From Octopus sinensis (lineage: Eukaryota), in NCBI RefSeq assembly GCF_006345805.1, contig NC_043015.1:43338001-43402000 (forward strand): a DNA stretch of 64,000 bases. The letters are read 5' to 3'. The notes below the pieces were generated by a model that was not told the origin of the DNA, ran no database searches, and was given only the letters and a program-made list of their open reading frames with translations. Positions 1-13,630 of this stretch are shown piece by piece. The translations under genes and the position numbers were made by a program. Numbering within the stretch: position 1 is the first letter of the stretch; every line of letters starts with the position of its first letter.

Positions 1-799
1 TGCCCAAGTTGCCACGTAGTGGGAATGAACTTAGAACCATGTGGTTGGTAAGCAAGTTACTAACCACACAACCACTCCTGCGCCAATATTTATTATTTAA
101 TTTTTTTTTGTAAAATGTGGAATCTTATAAACAGTATTCTGTAGAATTTTACAATTATGTTGGTACGACTGTATATGACTTGTACAAAAGCAGAAGAACA
201 CTCCTAAGAAAATATAGGGCGTTACAGAATATTGCATTCATATACGTTACACACACACACACACATAAACACACACACACATGATGGGATACTTCAAAGG
301 AGGTGATAGAGTTAGTATCATGCTTAAAAACTGTAATGGTGTTGAATTGTTCTACTAAAAGTCTTGATGGCGGTGCCCCAGCTTGGCCGCAGTCGAATGA
401 CTAAAACAAGTAGAATAATAAAAGAGCAAAAAAATATAACAATAAACACAGTTACAACAACACGAACAATGACATCAACAATAACAACCATACAAAAAAC
501 AACAACAACAACAGCCAGAACTACCGTCACTACCATCACCACCACCACCACCTCAACAACGATCACCACAACAACAGCATCAATGAGAACATTGATATAA
601 ATGTGCCAAGCAATAAAATGGATTATCTTAAGTAAACGGCCATATTTCTTAGTCAAAAACCATCGAAACGAATAACGTGTAGCGAGATTCTTCCCTTTGT
701 TGTTGACAATGAATCAAATTACGAAAGACTAAAAGCAACGATGTGTCAATCTATAGAAAGATTATCGCGATATAGATGATGATGACGATGATGATAATG

Positions 800-844
<45 letters not shown>

Positions 845-975
845 TAATAATGATGATGATGATGATGATAATAATAATAATAATAATATATTTAACATAA
901 TATACGCACACGCATGCGCGTAAACACGTACCTGTATAGTTATACACAACGATGCACAAACACAGACGCAGAAAC

Positions 976-1015
<40 letters not shown>

Positions 1016-1152
1016 TTATATAATATATATATATATATATATATTATATCATATACATATACATATACATATACACATATATACATATACACACACACAT
1101 GTTATATATATATATATATATACATATACCTACAAACATACATACATACATG

Positions 1153-1201
<49 letters not shown>

Positions 1202-1327
1202 TACATATACATACAAACATACATACATACATACATACATATATATCTATATATATATATATATTTTCATTATCAATGGACGGTGATCGCTTATAAGATT
1301 GCAGTTTCCAAAATATTATTATGAATA

Positions 1328-1822
1328 TATATAAATATATTTTGTATTTCGGGATGGTTATTTTTTTTTGCCAAATACACACACGCACACACACACACAT
1401 ATGTATGTAAGCATAAATATACAGTGATATATGTACGCATATATGTATCTATCTAAAATAACAAGGGAGAAAAATTTTAAACCATTGGCCTAGAATATAA
1501 AAATCTCAAGATTCAGAAAAATTATCTGTATTTCCTGACAACGGTTGTATGTGGGTCTGGAGACTCTGTGATCAAGAACAGGACGGGAAAAGATTGCTTG
1601 AAACTTGCTTAGAAATTCCTGAAGAAAATATTCGTCATCTGTGTATTAACATGCCTAATAGGGTCCTTGGATCGTCTACTTAAATATCGAATATTCAAAT
1701 TATAACAATTAATAAATAATTTGAATGTATAATTTCAAATTTAAATAAATTTTAATGATTTTAAGGTTGCCTATTTACTTCTGCCATGTCTCTGTGTGTA
1801 TATTTATGGATAAATAGGGATA

Positions 1823-1858
<36 letters not shown>

Positions 1859-2390
1859 CTATATATATATATTATATATATATTATATATAAATATATCC
1901 ATATTTATCCATAAATATACACAGAGACATGGCAGAAGTAATAGGCAACCTTAAAATCATTAAAATTTATTTAAATTTGAAATTATACATTCAATTATTT
2001 ATTAATTGTTATAATTTGAATATTCGATAGTTAGTAGACGATCCAAGGACCCTATTAGGCATGTTAATACACAGATGACGAATATTTTCTTCAGGAATTT
2101 CTAAGCAAGTTTCAAGCAATCTTTTCCCGTCCTGTTCTTGATCACAGAGTCTCCAGACCCACATACAACCGTTGTCAGGAAATACAGATAATTTTTCTGA
2201 ATCTTGAGATTTTATATTCTAGGCCAATGGTTTAAAATTTTTCTCCCTGTTATTTTAGATAGATACATATATGCGTACATTATCACTGTATATTTATGCT
2301 TACATACATAGTGTGTGTGTGTGCGTGTGTGTTTTGGCAAAAAAAAATAACCATCCCGAAATACAAAATATATTTATATATATATATATA
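1328..2390. repeat. Inverted duplication, arms of about 500 bp around a (TA)n centre
   Basis: About 1328-1830 is the reverse complement of about 1886-2390; the differences are mostly single-base indels. Confidence 0.9.
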
Positions 2391-2412
2391 TTATATTTAT
2401 ATATTATATAAT

Positions 2413-2444
<32 letters not shown>

Positions 2445-2780
2445 CATATATGCGTATTTACATATCCATCTATCTACCTATCTCTCTCTCTCTCTCTGTA
2501 TATAATATATATATATATACACACATATGTTTAAAGGAGTAAGAAAACGACTACAAAGAGACCGGAAGTAGCAAACAAACACGTTGATGAAGCCAAACTC
2601 AGCAATGAATGAGAAACTAGCTTTGAAAAACAATCTCTTTATATCATCAGAAACAGGCTGTAAAGATGTGCGTGCCAAGGTATGATAGAGACGTAGTCAA
2701 CGCTAAAAAAATACACAATATGCATATGCATATACGCGCACACAAGCACAGACATATATGTATATATATATATATATATA

Positions 2781-2819
<39 letters not shown>

Positions 2820-2885
2820 CTGTAAATATATATATATTATATAAATCTCTCTATATATATATTATATATATATAATATTATATAT

Positions 2886-2917
<32 letters not shown>

Positions 2918-3589
2918 GATATATATATATATATATATATACATATATACATACATACATATGTGTATGTATGTCTATATGATCACCAGTTTAAGCAAAA
3001 TTACACTAACCACACAAAGATATTTTATTGTATTAAGAAATATTGCTGTATATATTGGAACAGAATCCTCAAGAAGAAGAAGAAGAAGAAGAAGAAACTA
3101 AATAAATCAGGAGAAGAACATGAAGGATTGAAACGATACGTGCCTCCCCACCAAAAAAAAAAAAAAGATAAAATATATGAAGAATAACCTTCAACAACAC
3201 AATAACTTAAACATTATCAAACAAAACCAAGCAATACTTTTAGGATTAGAAGAAAGAAAACCCCATTAACGGTGGTAGATATATTAGGCCTTCTTATCAA
3301 GTAGAACAGCTTTTGCTTAAAAGAACACGAAAACAAAGGCTTGATATATATAAGGAACAAATGAAACGAAAAATCAATAGAATAATCGTTCTACGTAACC
3401 AAACGTTGTAAAATAACAGTTAAAGTCACAAACACCCTGGCTTATTGATGGATATAATGCAAGCCAAGTCCTGTTGACATGATGTCGAGCTGAAAGGAAA
3501 TGTATTTCACATCGAAAAGGACGAGTGTTATAGGCTGAATGTGTTAGGCTAAAAATTAATATTATCGTTGTTAGACTGCGACCATGCTG

Positions 3590-3891
3590 GGGCATCATCA
3601 TAAAGAATTTTTAGTCGAACGAATCGAGCACAGTACTTATTTTTTTGTGAAGCTTGGTGCTTATTCTATCGGTGTCTTTTTTTCCGAAACGCTAAGTTAC
3701 GGGGACGTAAACACACCAACATCGATTGCCAAGCGGTAGTGGCGGACAAACACGGCGAACACAAAGACACACACAGATATAAACATACATACATACATAC
3801 ATACATACATACATACACATACATACACACATACATACATACATACATACATACATACATGCATACATGCATACATGCATACATACATACA

Positions 3892-3925
<34 letters not shown>

Positions 3926-4075
3926 CATGCATACATACATACATACATACATACATACGACGGGCTTCTTTCAGTATCCGTCTACCAAATCCACTCACAA
4001 AGTTTGGTCGACCCGAAGAAATAGTAGAACGCGCTTGCCCGAGGTGCCACGCTGTGGGACTGAACTCGGAGAGCC
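3590..4075 (-). mobile_element. S2 SINE with an expanded internal (CATA)n
   Basis: Matches S2; the head region is rearranged into 45-bp tandem units. Confidence 0.75.
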
Positions 4076-4419
4076 GCGTAATTGGGAAGCGGATTTCCCA
4101 ACCGTCTGGTTGGGAGAGCCGTTTGGTTGGGAAGCGGATTTCCCAACCGTGTGATTGGGAGAGCCGTGTGGTTGGGAAGCGGATATATCAAGGCAGCGAG
4201 GTGACAAAATCATTAGCACGTCGGCCGAAATGTTTTGAGCCAATTCGTCTGTCATCGGGTTCTGAGTTCAAACTCTCCTGAAGTCCACTTTGTTTTTCAT
4301 CCTTTTGGGTTGTTAAAATAACTATCAGTTTGAATACTGGCTTCATGTAATCAGCTTAGCCTCTCCTCTGAAATTGCTGGCGCAGTGCCAAACTTTTAAA
4401 TCAATACGATATATATAAT

Positions 4420-4455
<36 letters not shown>

Positions 4456-4527
4456 ATAATATATTATATATATAACGGGAAGCTTTATGAAAATAGACAA
4501 AAGACGAAGGCAGGTGGAATATATATA

Positions 4528-4559
<32 letters not shown>

Positions 4560-4568
4560 GCATATGTA

Positions 4569-5731
4569 TCCTCCTCTATATAAACGGCAGTTTGTCTATC
4601 TGTGTGTCTGTGTGTCTGTCAGGTTGTACCCTCACCCTGACCACGGCTTTCAACCGATTCTAATGAAACTTGACATACACATAGCCCAATATCATAATTC
4701 AAAACTAACGCAGCGAAAATTTTGAAAAGTTCTCCCAATTCTGAAAAAAATCAATAAATTCGACATGTGGTCGAGAATCTAAGCTTTTTATATGCAACAC
4801 ATTTTCTGTTGTAGGTTTCGCAACTTGCTATCGATTTTCACCAAACTCATGGTGAAGCTTGATGTTACCCTAAGAAACTTAATTCTGACGTTAGTTTTCC
4901 ATGCAATACCTTACCATCAGAAAAAAATCGATAAAATCATGCCATTTTGGGAAATCGCGTTCAAAATCTAGATGACATATTTTCGACAATATCTTTCACA
5001 AATTGGCAGGAATTTTTTTTTAATTCACAGCGAGCATCATGTCTGCTCCAAGGAGCTATATGGCCCTTTTTATTCCAATAGGATACTTTATTACTGGAAA
5101 AAATCGGTTATTTAAATCATATGTGGCACACATAGCAAACCGATTTGTGCATTAAACACAAACCACAGACTATCTAGGGGACGCAACTCGACCTTTTTAA
5201 CTCTCGGAACACGAGGGGTAAGTATCCCAAAATGTATAAAAATGTACAAAAACGGCAAAAAAGCGGGCAGCAATGTGAGTGACAACAACGAAAAAGTCAA
5301 AAGTGACCAAACTGAAGAAACGAATGGAAAAGGTTTTTTGGTGCACACGACAAAAGCGGTTTATAATAAACCTAGAGTTTGCTAGTAGCGTCCGAGGACC
5401 CTTAGGGTACGTCAAAAATTTAAGGTAAAACGTTTGGGATGGTAGTTATAAAGAAAGTTTAAACAAAAAAAGGATTCGAATAACTTGCAGCTGCAGCAGC
5501 TATTAGCAGAAGTGGCGGTGTTGGGGGTAAAGTCTCGAATGTAATTTCTTCCTGGAAGGAATTGGTTGGGTTGAATTATCGATAGCTGTTTGATAGTTAT
5601 TTGGGAGTGAAAAGAAGACATTGCAACCTACACATGCGCCTTCGTTCCCTATAGGGAAAGGACTAGATTGGGATTAGTCGTTGCTTACTAGGGGTTCTTA
5701 CATACCCGGGAACGCCGGGCTATGCTGCTAG
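4569..5731 (+). mobile_element. Non-autonomous Helitron-like element
   Basis: 5' TC...CTATATAAA start after an A; subterminal hairpin CCCGGGAACGCCGGG followed by a CTAG end before a T (A/T target). No coding capacity. Confidence 0.7.
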
Positions 5732-5747
5732 TATGTATATATATATA

Positions 5748-5825
<78 letters not shown>

Positions 5826-6006
5826 GTGTGTGGTGTGTGTGTATATATATATGCATGTATGTATCGGTACAGTATATGTGTGTGTAACTAAGAGTGGTAG
5901 CATATTTTGCCGATAGTACTTAGGGAACGTAATCAATAGGCTGCGTAATCGCACGTTTCATATAAAGCTTAACAATTCCAGTTACGCTTACGATTCCTGT
6001 TATTAA

Positions 6007-6077
<71 letters not shown>

Positions 6078-6430
6078 TGTGTGTTTATATAAATATAAAT
6101 CTATGTGTGTGTTTATATATATATAAATTTATGTGTTCTAGAGCACAGCGTATATTACCAGCCTCCAGTCAGTTTCCAGTATAGTGGTTAGGCAACTACT
6201 TAACTTGGTAGGTTTACTAATTATGGTATGCAAATGTAAGAGAAATTACGATAAACACAAATTCATGTCATTTGTTCCGACATAGGTCTCACCAGTGTGA
6301 TTGATTGGAACCCTGCATTGGTTATTCTTACCCCACAAAGTATATAAACACTGCAGGCGCGTGCTTAGGACTAAATAATGTAAACTTGCGTTTATCGTAA
6401 TGTCTCTTATTTACACATTTATCGATCAAA

Positions 6431-6471
<41 letters not shown>

Positions 6472-6604
6472 ACTCTCTCTCTTGTTCTCTCGCTCTCTCT
6501 ATCTATGTCTGTCTGTCTGTCTACTTATCTATCTATCTTTATTGTATATATATAAAACACAACACACACACACCCACACACCACACACACACACATACAC
6601 ACAT

Positions 6605-6658
<54 letters not shown>

Positions 6659-7335
6659 GTATATATGCGTTCACACATGTATATTTATATCTTTATTTTC
6701 ATATAATATATATGGTCATCATGTCAGCTGAAGGCGAAGGAGAGACCGAATGTATAAATAGATGACCCTGTTGTCTAAATAGATTAATTATGCCTTACAG
6801 TAGGCGACATTTGCAAATTTGTTCCAATAAGATTAATTAATTTTCTTTGCGCCTGATATTCATTTAACAAATTTAATCAATAACACTATTTGATCTCTTT
6901 GGAATAAAATTTAAGCCAACATACTTAAATATTTATTTCTCACCATGTCTTTCCTTCTACTTAATCTTACTCTTTCTTCTACTTTTCCATGTGTTATTAT
7001 CGGGAAAATGGCGGTGATTCAAAATGTTATGGCTGTTTTGACGATGTCGTTTATTCTCTGCTAAATCTTGACGTAGGAGAATTGTACTGTAACTATTCTG
7101 CTTTTCTAAGGAAGTATGCAAGCTTACGTTATCAAATTCGACCTTTTCTTATTAGATGGTAAAATACAATCTGAAGATTTGGGTTTAGTTTCATGTACTT
7201 CAGAACTCGTAGAGCATTCTCTATTGTTTGTTAACTTATCGGTGCGTTTTAGCAAGATATCCAGGTTATTATTATCACTAGGCGATGGCTTATTATATTT
7301 GACAAGACGTTCGCAATGATCTCAAACGACCCAGC

Positions 7336-7986
7336 TAACTCATGCATTTAAACAAGTCGCAAGAGGCCAAAATATTCATCTTACATATATGCTCAAGATA
7401 GCTAGATCCAGTCTCTCACATTTACCATACAATACCTATTTCTTTGCTACCCACAAGGGGCTAAACACAGAGAGGACAAACAAAGACAGACAAACGGATT
7501 AAGCCGATTATATCGACCCCAGTGCGTAACTGGTACTTATTTAATCGACTGCGAAAGGATGAAAGGCACAGTTGACCTCGGCGGAATTTGAACTCAGAAC
7601 ATAGCGACAGACAAAATACCTATTTCTTTACTACTCACAAGGGCTAAACACAGAGAGGACAAACAAGGACAGACAAACGGATTAAGCCGATTATATCGAC
7701 CCCAGTGCGTAAATGGTACTTATTCAACCGACCCCGAAAGAATGAAAGGCAAAGTCGACCTCGGCGGAATTTGAACTCAGAACGTAGTGGCAGACAAAAT
7801 ACCGCTAAGCATTTCGCCCGGCCTGCTAACGATTCTGCCAGATCGCCTACCCTACAATACCATTCTATAAATAATCAATCACATCATCGAAATCTCAATG
7901 CTGCGAGGTAATTCACCATAAACTCGAGACAGCGTAAATAAATAGGCATTATATTTGACAGAGTAATCTGGCCGCTAACGGGTTAA
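7336..7986. mobile_element. piggyBac-like MITE relic split by tandem S1 SINEs
   Basis: Right end GCTAACGGGTTAA (GGG-TTAA); degenerate left end TAACTCATGCATTT. The SINE insert is flanked by TACAATAC at 7428-7435 and 7853-7860. Confidence 0.4.
7434..7845 (-). mobile_element. tRNA-derived SINE family S1, head plus tandem body
   Basis: Family consensus GGCGGCGAGCTGGCAGAAACGTTAGC...GAGTTCAAATTCC (B box)...CCTTTCATCCTTTCGGGGTCGATAAATTAAGTACCAG...GTAAAGAAATA; many copies in the window. Confidence 0.85.
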
Positions 7987-8642
7987 TTCTATCTAATTCA
8001 CAACATTCGGTTGAAAATATGTATCGACTTGTAGATGACAGATTATAGAGTTCGCTATTGTATGCAAAGAATTCACAGCGTAGGAGATTTATCATGAGTA
8101 GGTACGAAATAAAACCTTTATATATACGTGTGAAGTCGAGTACCACAGGATTTAAGTTCAGAAAATGAGCGACCAGATATATAGCAAATAAATAAATGTT
8201 TCAGGTAAGAATGGTCTCTGTTTGTTTCATTGTTATTGGTCTAAAGATCTATAAAGGCCTCGGTCAAAATCACATATGACCATCTCATTGTTTTGTGTAT
8301 CGAGATATATAGTAGGCTATTCTACACTGCTGCTGCTGTCTATGGCCAGAAAATATCTATCTATATATATAATTAATAAGTTTGAAACTGGAGAGACTCA
8401 ATGGATATAAATTAATTTATTAATTAACATTGCCTACAATTGTTTCACTTCACAGCCAATTTAAATTACAAGACATATATAATAATATATGTTTGCATTT
8501 TGAGTACCCTGGTTGGAAGATCTTCAGGGCAAAATGGACATTGCAGAATTTACATTTACAGTTGAAATACTCCAACAGACCATATACCCGCGCGCACGCA
8601 CACACACTCAGACACGTATACATAAATGCTTTTTCTACATAC

Positions 8643-8764
8643 CTCTCGACGCTCATGACTGTTAAGGTGGTCACCGAACAAATTGCTGATACGTTCTGAA
8701 GATAATACACTGCTTTGCACAGAAATTCTCCAAACTCCCAAGTGAAGGTGAAGAATGTGGCGAA
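8643..8764 (-). CDS. Internal exon of a class A (rhodopsin-like) peptide-type GPCR, ECL1-TM3
   Basis: Minus strand: acceptor ...GCTTTCCCTTTCAG, then 122 nt reading FATFFTFTWEFGEFLCKAVYYLQNVSAICSVTTLTVMSVE+AG, then donor GTATGT. Contains the WxFGxxxC ECL1 motif, the conserved TM3 Cys and the E-R(Y) motif split by a phase-2 intron. Resembles invertebrate neuropeptide receptors often auto-annotated as QRFP-like; exact orthology not determined. Confidence 0.9.
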
Positions 8765-8919
8765 CTGAAAGGGAAAGCAAACACCATTGAGAGTTATATA
8801 TGCAAACATGAATACACAAACACATACATACATACATAAATGCATACACACATACATACATGCATGTACATATTTATCTTTGCGCATACAGTCGTCCTGT
8901 AATAAATGACAGTGAATTC

Positions 8920-9134
8920 AATACTCTCTTTTACTCTTTTACTTGTTTCAGTCATTTGACTGCGACCATGCTGGAGCACCGCCTTTAGTCGAGCAAATCG
9001 ACCCCGGGACTTATTCTTTGTAAGCCCAGTACTTATTCTATCGGTCGCTTTTGCCGAACCGCTAAGTGACGGGGACGTAAACACATCTGCATCGGTTGTC
9101 AAGCAATGCTAGGGGGACAAACACACAGACATAA

Positions 9135-9221
<87 letters not shown>

Positions 9222-9392
9222 CATATATACTACAGGCTTCTTTCAGTTTCCGTCTACCAAATCCACTCACAAGGCATTGGTCGGCCCGGGGCTATAGCAG
9301 AAGACACTTGCCCAAGGTGCAACGCAGTGGGACTGAACCCGTAACCATGTGGTTGGTTAGCAAGCTACTTACCACACAGCCACTCCTGCGCC
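8920..9392 (-). mobile_element. tRNA-derived SINE family S2 (full length)
   Basis: Sense strand GGCGCAGGAGTGGCTGTGTGGTAAG (A box)...GGTTCAGTCCC (B box), CCTTGGGCAAGTG central box, internal (TA)n(TG)n, 3' tail ...GACTGAAACAAGTAAAAGAGTAAAAGAG. Confidence 0.85.
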
Positions 9393-9883
9393 TATTAAGC
9401 TTATTTAAAAAAAACGTGATCACGTGACCGACCAGACTATCAGATGCTGTTACACATCGCTGGTCACAATGTGCTTTTGCATTGTTTAAACCTTCCAATC
9501 ACGCCACCCCGCGGTCTATGCAAGCAGATCGACATTTTCCCCACTAATCGAAACCGGAGACTTGAGCAACGTAAAATGAAGAGTTTTGCTCAAGACCACA
9601 GCGTTTTCCCTGGTTCGGGAATCGAACCAAAGATCTAGCGATCGTGAGCGCAACAGCCTATCCACTAGGCAAGGCGCTTTCACATTTAAAATAATAATGG
9701 TCCCAAATTTTCGCACAAGGCCAGCAACATCGGTCCAATTCTCTGTAGGTACGCATTTTATCGACTTCGAAAGGATGAAAGGCAAAGTCTGCCTCGATAG
9801 CACTTGAACTCAGAACATAAACAAGTACTAAATGCCGCTAAGCGCTTTGTCCGGCTTGCTGACCATTCTGCCAGCTCACCACC

Positions 9884-9935
<52 letters not shown>

Positions 9936-10513
9936 TAATAATAATAATATAATAATAATGATAATAATAATAATAATAATAACAACAACAACAACAACAA
10001 CAACAATAATAATAATAATATCAACAACAACAATAATACACATAGTTGAAACGCTGTTTGATTTTTCTTTTCAGTGTTGAAAGTTAATCATCTGACTTCT
10101 ATTGCGCGCGCACACGCACGCACACACACACGCACACGAACACACACATTCAGATAACCCCCTTTTACATACACACACATATATTCACACAGAGTTGAAA
10201 CGCTGTTTGATTTATTTTTTCAGCGTACAATTTTCATCATCCCACTACCAAGTATAACATCACCCCTTCCTTCCTTATTCATCTATTATCCCTTCCTTTC
10301 TATTCATAAACACAAGAGTATTATTATAGTAGATTATCTCGGTAACCATAGGAACTATAAAAAAATACAAAGCCCAGCAACACCACCGGATCATTCTACA
10401 CATTTGTGTAATTTTTCGCGCAATTTCACTCAGTCGTTTCACCGCGAATCCCAAGACAGAAAATATACAAGAAAGTACCGTCAATGCCAAATTTATATAT
10501 ATATATATATATG

Positions 10514-10686
10514 TATTTTTTTTCTCTCTCCTTGTTTTTTTTCTGTGTATCTTTCTGTCGAAGAGCGTAGGCTCGAAACGTAAAAGACTTTTTCTATTTC
10601 TATTCCTGAGCGCTATACTAATACATTTGTTTGTTTGTACTCCACTTACCTTCGTCTTTTGTTTATTTTCGTAAACTTTCCCGTTA
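10514..10686 (+). mobile_element. Short PLE-like (pLTR) repeat containing the 10550 hammerhead motif
   Basis: Its 3' end (...CCTTCGTCTTTTGTTTATTTTC...CCCGTTA) recurs on the minus strand at about 4484-4519; both copies abut (TA)n. Confidence 0.5.
10550..10587 (+). ncRNA. Minimal hammerhead-like motif with an A6U core variant
   Basis: UCUUU CUGUCGA A GAGC-GUAG-GCUC GAAA CG UA AAAGA: stems I, II and III pair, but the core reads CUGUCGA instead of CUGANGA. Confidence 0.55.
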
Positions 10687-11171
10687 TATATATATATATA
10701 TATTATATATATATAATATATATATATATATGTAAACGCACGCGATTCCAGGATGTTTCCGTCCATCAAATTTACGCCGAAGGCATTTGTTAACGAGGGA
10801 CTATAGTAAAATATACTTGTCCAGTTTTCCACACAGTGAGATTGAACTTGGAACTAGGTGGTTGCACAGCAAGCTTCTTAACCACGAAGCCATACTGGCG
10901 TATATCTAAAATCTATACTTAAAATACACAAAGCTGTGTTTGTTTCTAAATATAGATATCCAATATTTGTAACAATCGTAGCTTTAAATTTCTTGTAAAA
11001 GATATTCTCGAATCAATATTTCTTTATATATAACCAATTGCCGATAAATAATCAAAGAACAATACAGAATTGACAAAACCTTTGCAGAAAGTATCAAAGT
11101 TTTATTAAAATTTTGTTTTTAGTTCCAAATATCTTGTTCTATAAAAGATTTAATTAATTTTACATATCTTC

Positions 11172-11545
11172 TTTACATTCTGATGCTCAAAATCAGCCGC
11201 GGTCAATTTTACTAATTAATTGTATATATGTTCTGTATGAATTTCCAATTATTTTTCTCTTTCTAGTTCTCCCAAGGCAGTGAACTGGCTGAATTTGTCG
11301 GGACATCGGATTAAACGCTCAGCCCCGTTTCTTCCGGCTCTTTACATTCTGATGCTCAAAATCAGCCGCGGTCAATTTTACTAATTAATTGTATATATGT
11401 TCTGCATGAATTTCCAATTATTTTTCTCTTTCTAGTTCTCCCAAGGCAGCGAACTGGCTGAATTTGTCGGGACATCGGATTAAACGCTCAGCCCCGTTTC
11501 TTCCGGCCTTTACATTCTGATGCTCAAAATCAGCCGCGGTTAATT
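11172..11545 (+). repeat. Near-identical tandem duplication, period about 169 bp (2.2 copies)
   Basis: TTTACATTCTGATGCTCAAAATCAGCCGCGG starts at about 11172, 11341 and 11509. Confidence 0.9.
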
Positions 11546-12714
11546 TTATTTTCCGCCCTTTCGATCTCGATAAAATAAGTATCAAGCACCGGAACCGGTT
11601 TAATCTATTTGACCCTTCTACGCAAAATTGCTTGTCTTATGCTAAAAGTAGAAAGAATTACTTTTTTTTTTATTAATACGCGAATCAGCAGACTCTTGGG
11701 GGAGCCGGATAGAATGCACAGTGGCATTTACTCCGGCTCTTTACGTTCTTTATGCCGCTTTATTCTTCCTAATTTAGGCACAAGGCTTGCAATTTTGGGA
11801 GAAATAAGCAAGTCGATTACGCACAACACTGGTACTTTATTTTATTTATCCTGGAAGGATGAAAAGATAAAGTCGATCCCTGCTGAATTTGAACCTTGAA
11901 CGCAATGAGTCGAAGTAAAAATTGCTAGTCATTTTGTTAAATGCTCTTACTATTCAGCAAAATACCATGCCGACCTCGGCGGTAGTTTAACACAAAGCGT
12001 AAAGATCCGGAAAAATGCTGCAAAGTATTTTGGTCGACGCACTAACGATTCTGGCAGTTCGGCGCCTTGCTGGATGCAATAATAACGGTTTCAAATTTCG
12101 GCACAAGTCCATCAAGTTCGTGGGGTGGATAAGTTGATTATATAGACATCTCTGTTCAAGTTCAACTGGTACTTTTTTTATCGATCCCGAAGGGATGAAA
12201 GGCAAAGTCAGACTGGAGGAATTTGAACTCAGAACCTAATAACAGACGAAATGCAGCTAAGCAGTTTCTCCGGCGCACAAATAATTTTGACTGTTCGGTG
12301 CCTTGCCAGATACCATAATAATGATAAGAACCTTTTATTTGAACACATGTGGTGACCTTACTGATAGAATCTGAAATGTCATTACAAGTTTTTATGCAGA
12401 AATTCTACTGAATAATCCATCGATATCCTGTTCCGTGTCACCAATGCTTTCAGCACATGTTGTGATATTTCCTGGCAGTAATAGAAGAATATGATAATTC
12501 CGTTTGGAACATCTATATTTTTAGGAATTAAGAGGCTCTTGGGTGATACAATCTAAATAGCTATTTCACATGGATCTTTTATCGAATTTCCAAATTTGTC
12601 TCCAATAATATCATCTTCGTTTTGTATTCTTGCAGTCTGCATACTGTAGTATGTTCCTCAAAAGTCACAGCATTTGGTGGAATTTAATCGCAATTTTTAA
12701 TCTCATGATTAAAG

Positions 12715-13170
12715 CAGTGAGCTGCCAGAATCGTTTGTGCGTCAACCATATTGCTTAGCGGTATTTCGTCTGCTGCTACGTTCTGAGTTCAAATTCCGCC
12801 GAGGTCGACTTTGCCTTTCATCCATTCGGTGTCGATAAATTAAGTACCAGTTACGCACTGGGGTCGATGTAATCGACTTAATCCGTTTGTCTGTTCTTGT
12901 TTCTCCTCTCTGAGTTTAGCCCCTTGTGGGTAATAAAGAAATAGGTATTTCGTCTGCTGCTACGTACTGAGTTCAAATTCCGCCGAGGTCGACTTTGCCT
13001 TTCATCCATTCGGGGTCGATAAATTAAGTACCAGTTACGCACTGGGGTCGATATAATCGACTTAATCCGTTTGTCTGTCCTTGTTTGTCCTCTCTGTTTT
13101 TAGCCCCTTGTGGGTAGTAAAGAAATAGGTATTTCGTCTGGCTCTTTACGTTCTGTGTTCAAATCCCGCC
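12715..13170 (+). mobile_element. S1 SINE, head plus two full bodies and a partial third
   Basis: Repeated units of about 184 bp joined at AAAGAAATAG/GTATTTCG. Confidence 0.85.
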
Positions 13171-13630
13171 GATTTGAATTCTGAATGTATAGGGCTAGAA
13201 TAAATACTGCAAGATATTTTCTGACACTGTAACGAATTTGCTAGATCGCCGCCTTCGTGAAAATATATTCTTTGTAATTTCGACCCAAAGCCAGCAATTT
13301 TGGTGGCAGGAACATGTCGATTACCACAGTTTCAGGTCGCTTGTTTATTTTATCTTCCTCCGAAAAGATGAACGGCAAAGTTGATCTCAGAACGTAAACG
13401 GCTTGAAGAAATACCGCAAAGCATTTTGTCTGACGCGCTCATGAGTATACCAGTCGCCGCCTTTTAATTCTTTCTAATTTTGGCACACGGCCAGTAATTT
13501 CAAGTCGAAATCATTGACCCCCACTTCTTACTGGTATTTTATTGATCCTGAAACAATGAAGGACTAAGTTGACTTTGATGGTATTTGAACTCAGAATGTA
13601 GAGACGGAACAAAGTCCCCGCATGACATTT

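Noticed and set aside
7105-7320. Stop-free frames on both strands around 7116-7319
   Set aside because: No recognisable domain or splice acceptor, and not consistent with the expected next GPCR exon (Y..I.HP).
10275-10500. Hydrophobic minus-strand ORF segment (LALTVLSCIFSVLGFAVKR...) as a possible GPCR TM1-TM2 exon
   Set aside because: It lacks the TM1 GN and TM2 LAxxD motifs, and no matching splice sites were found.
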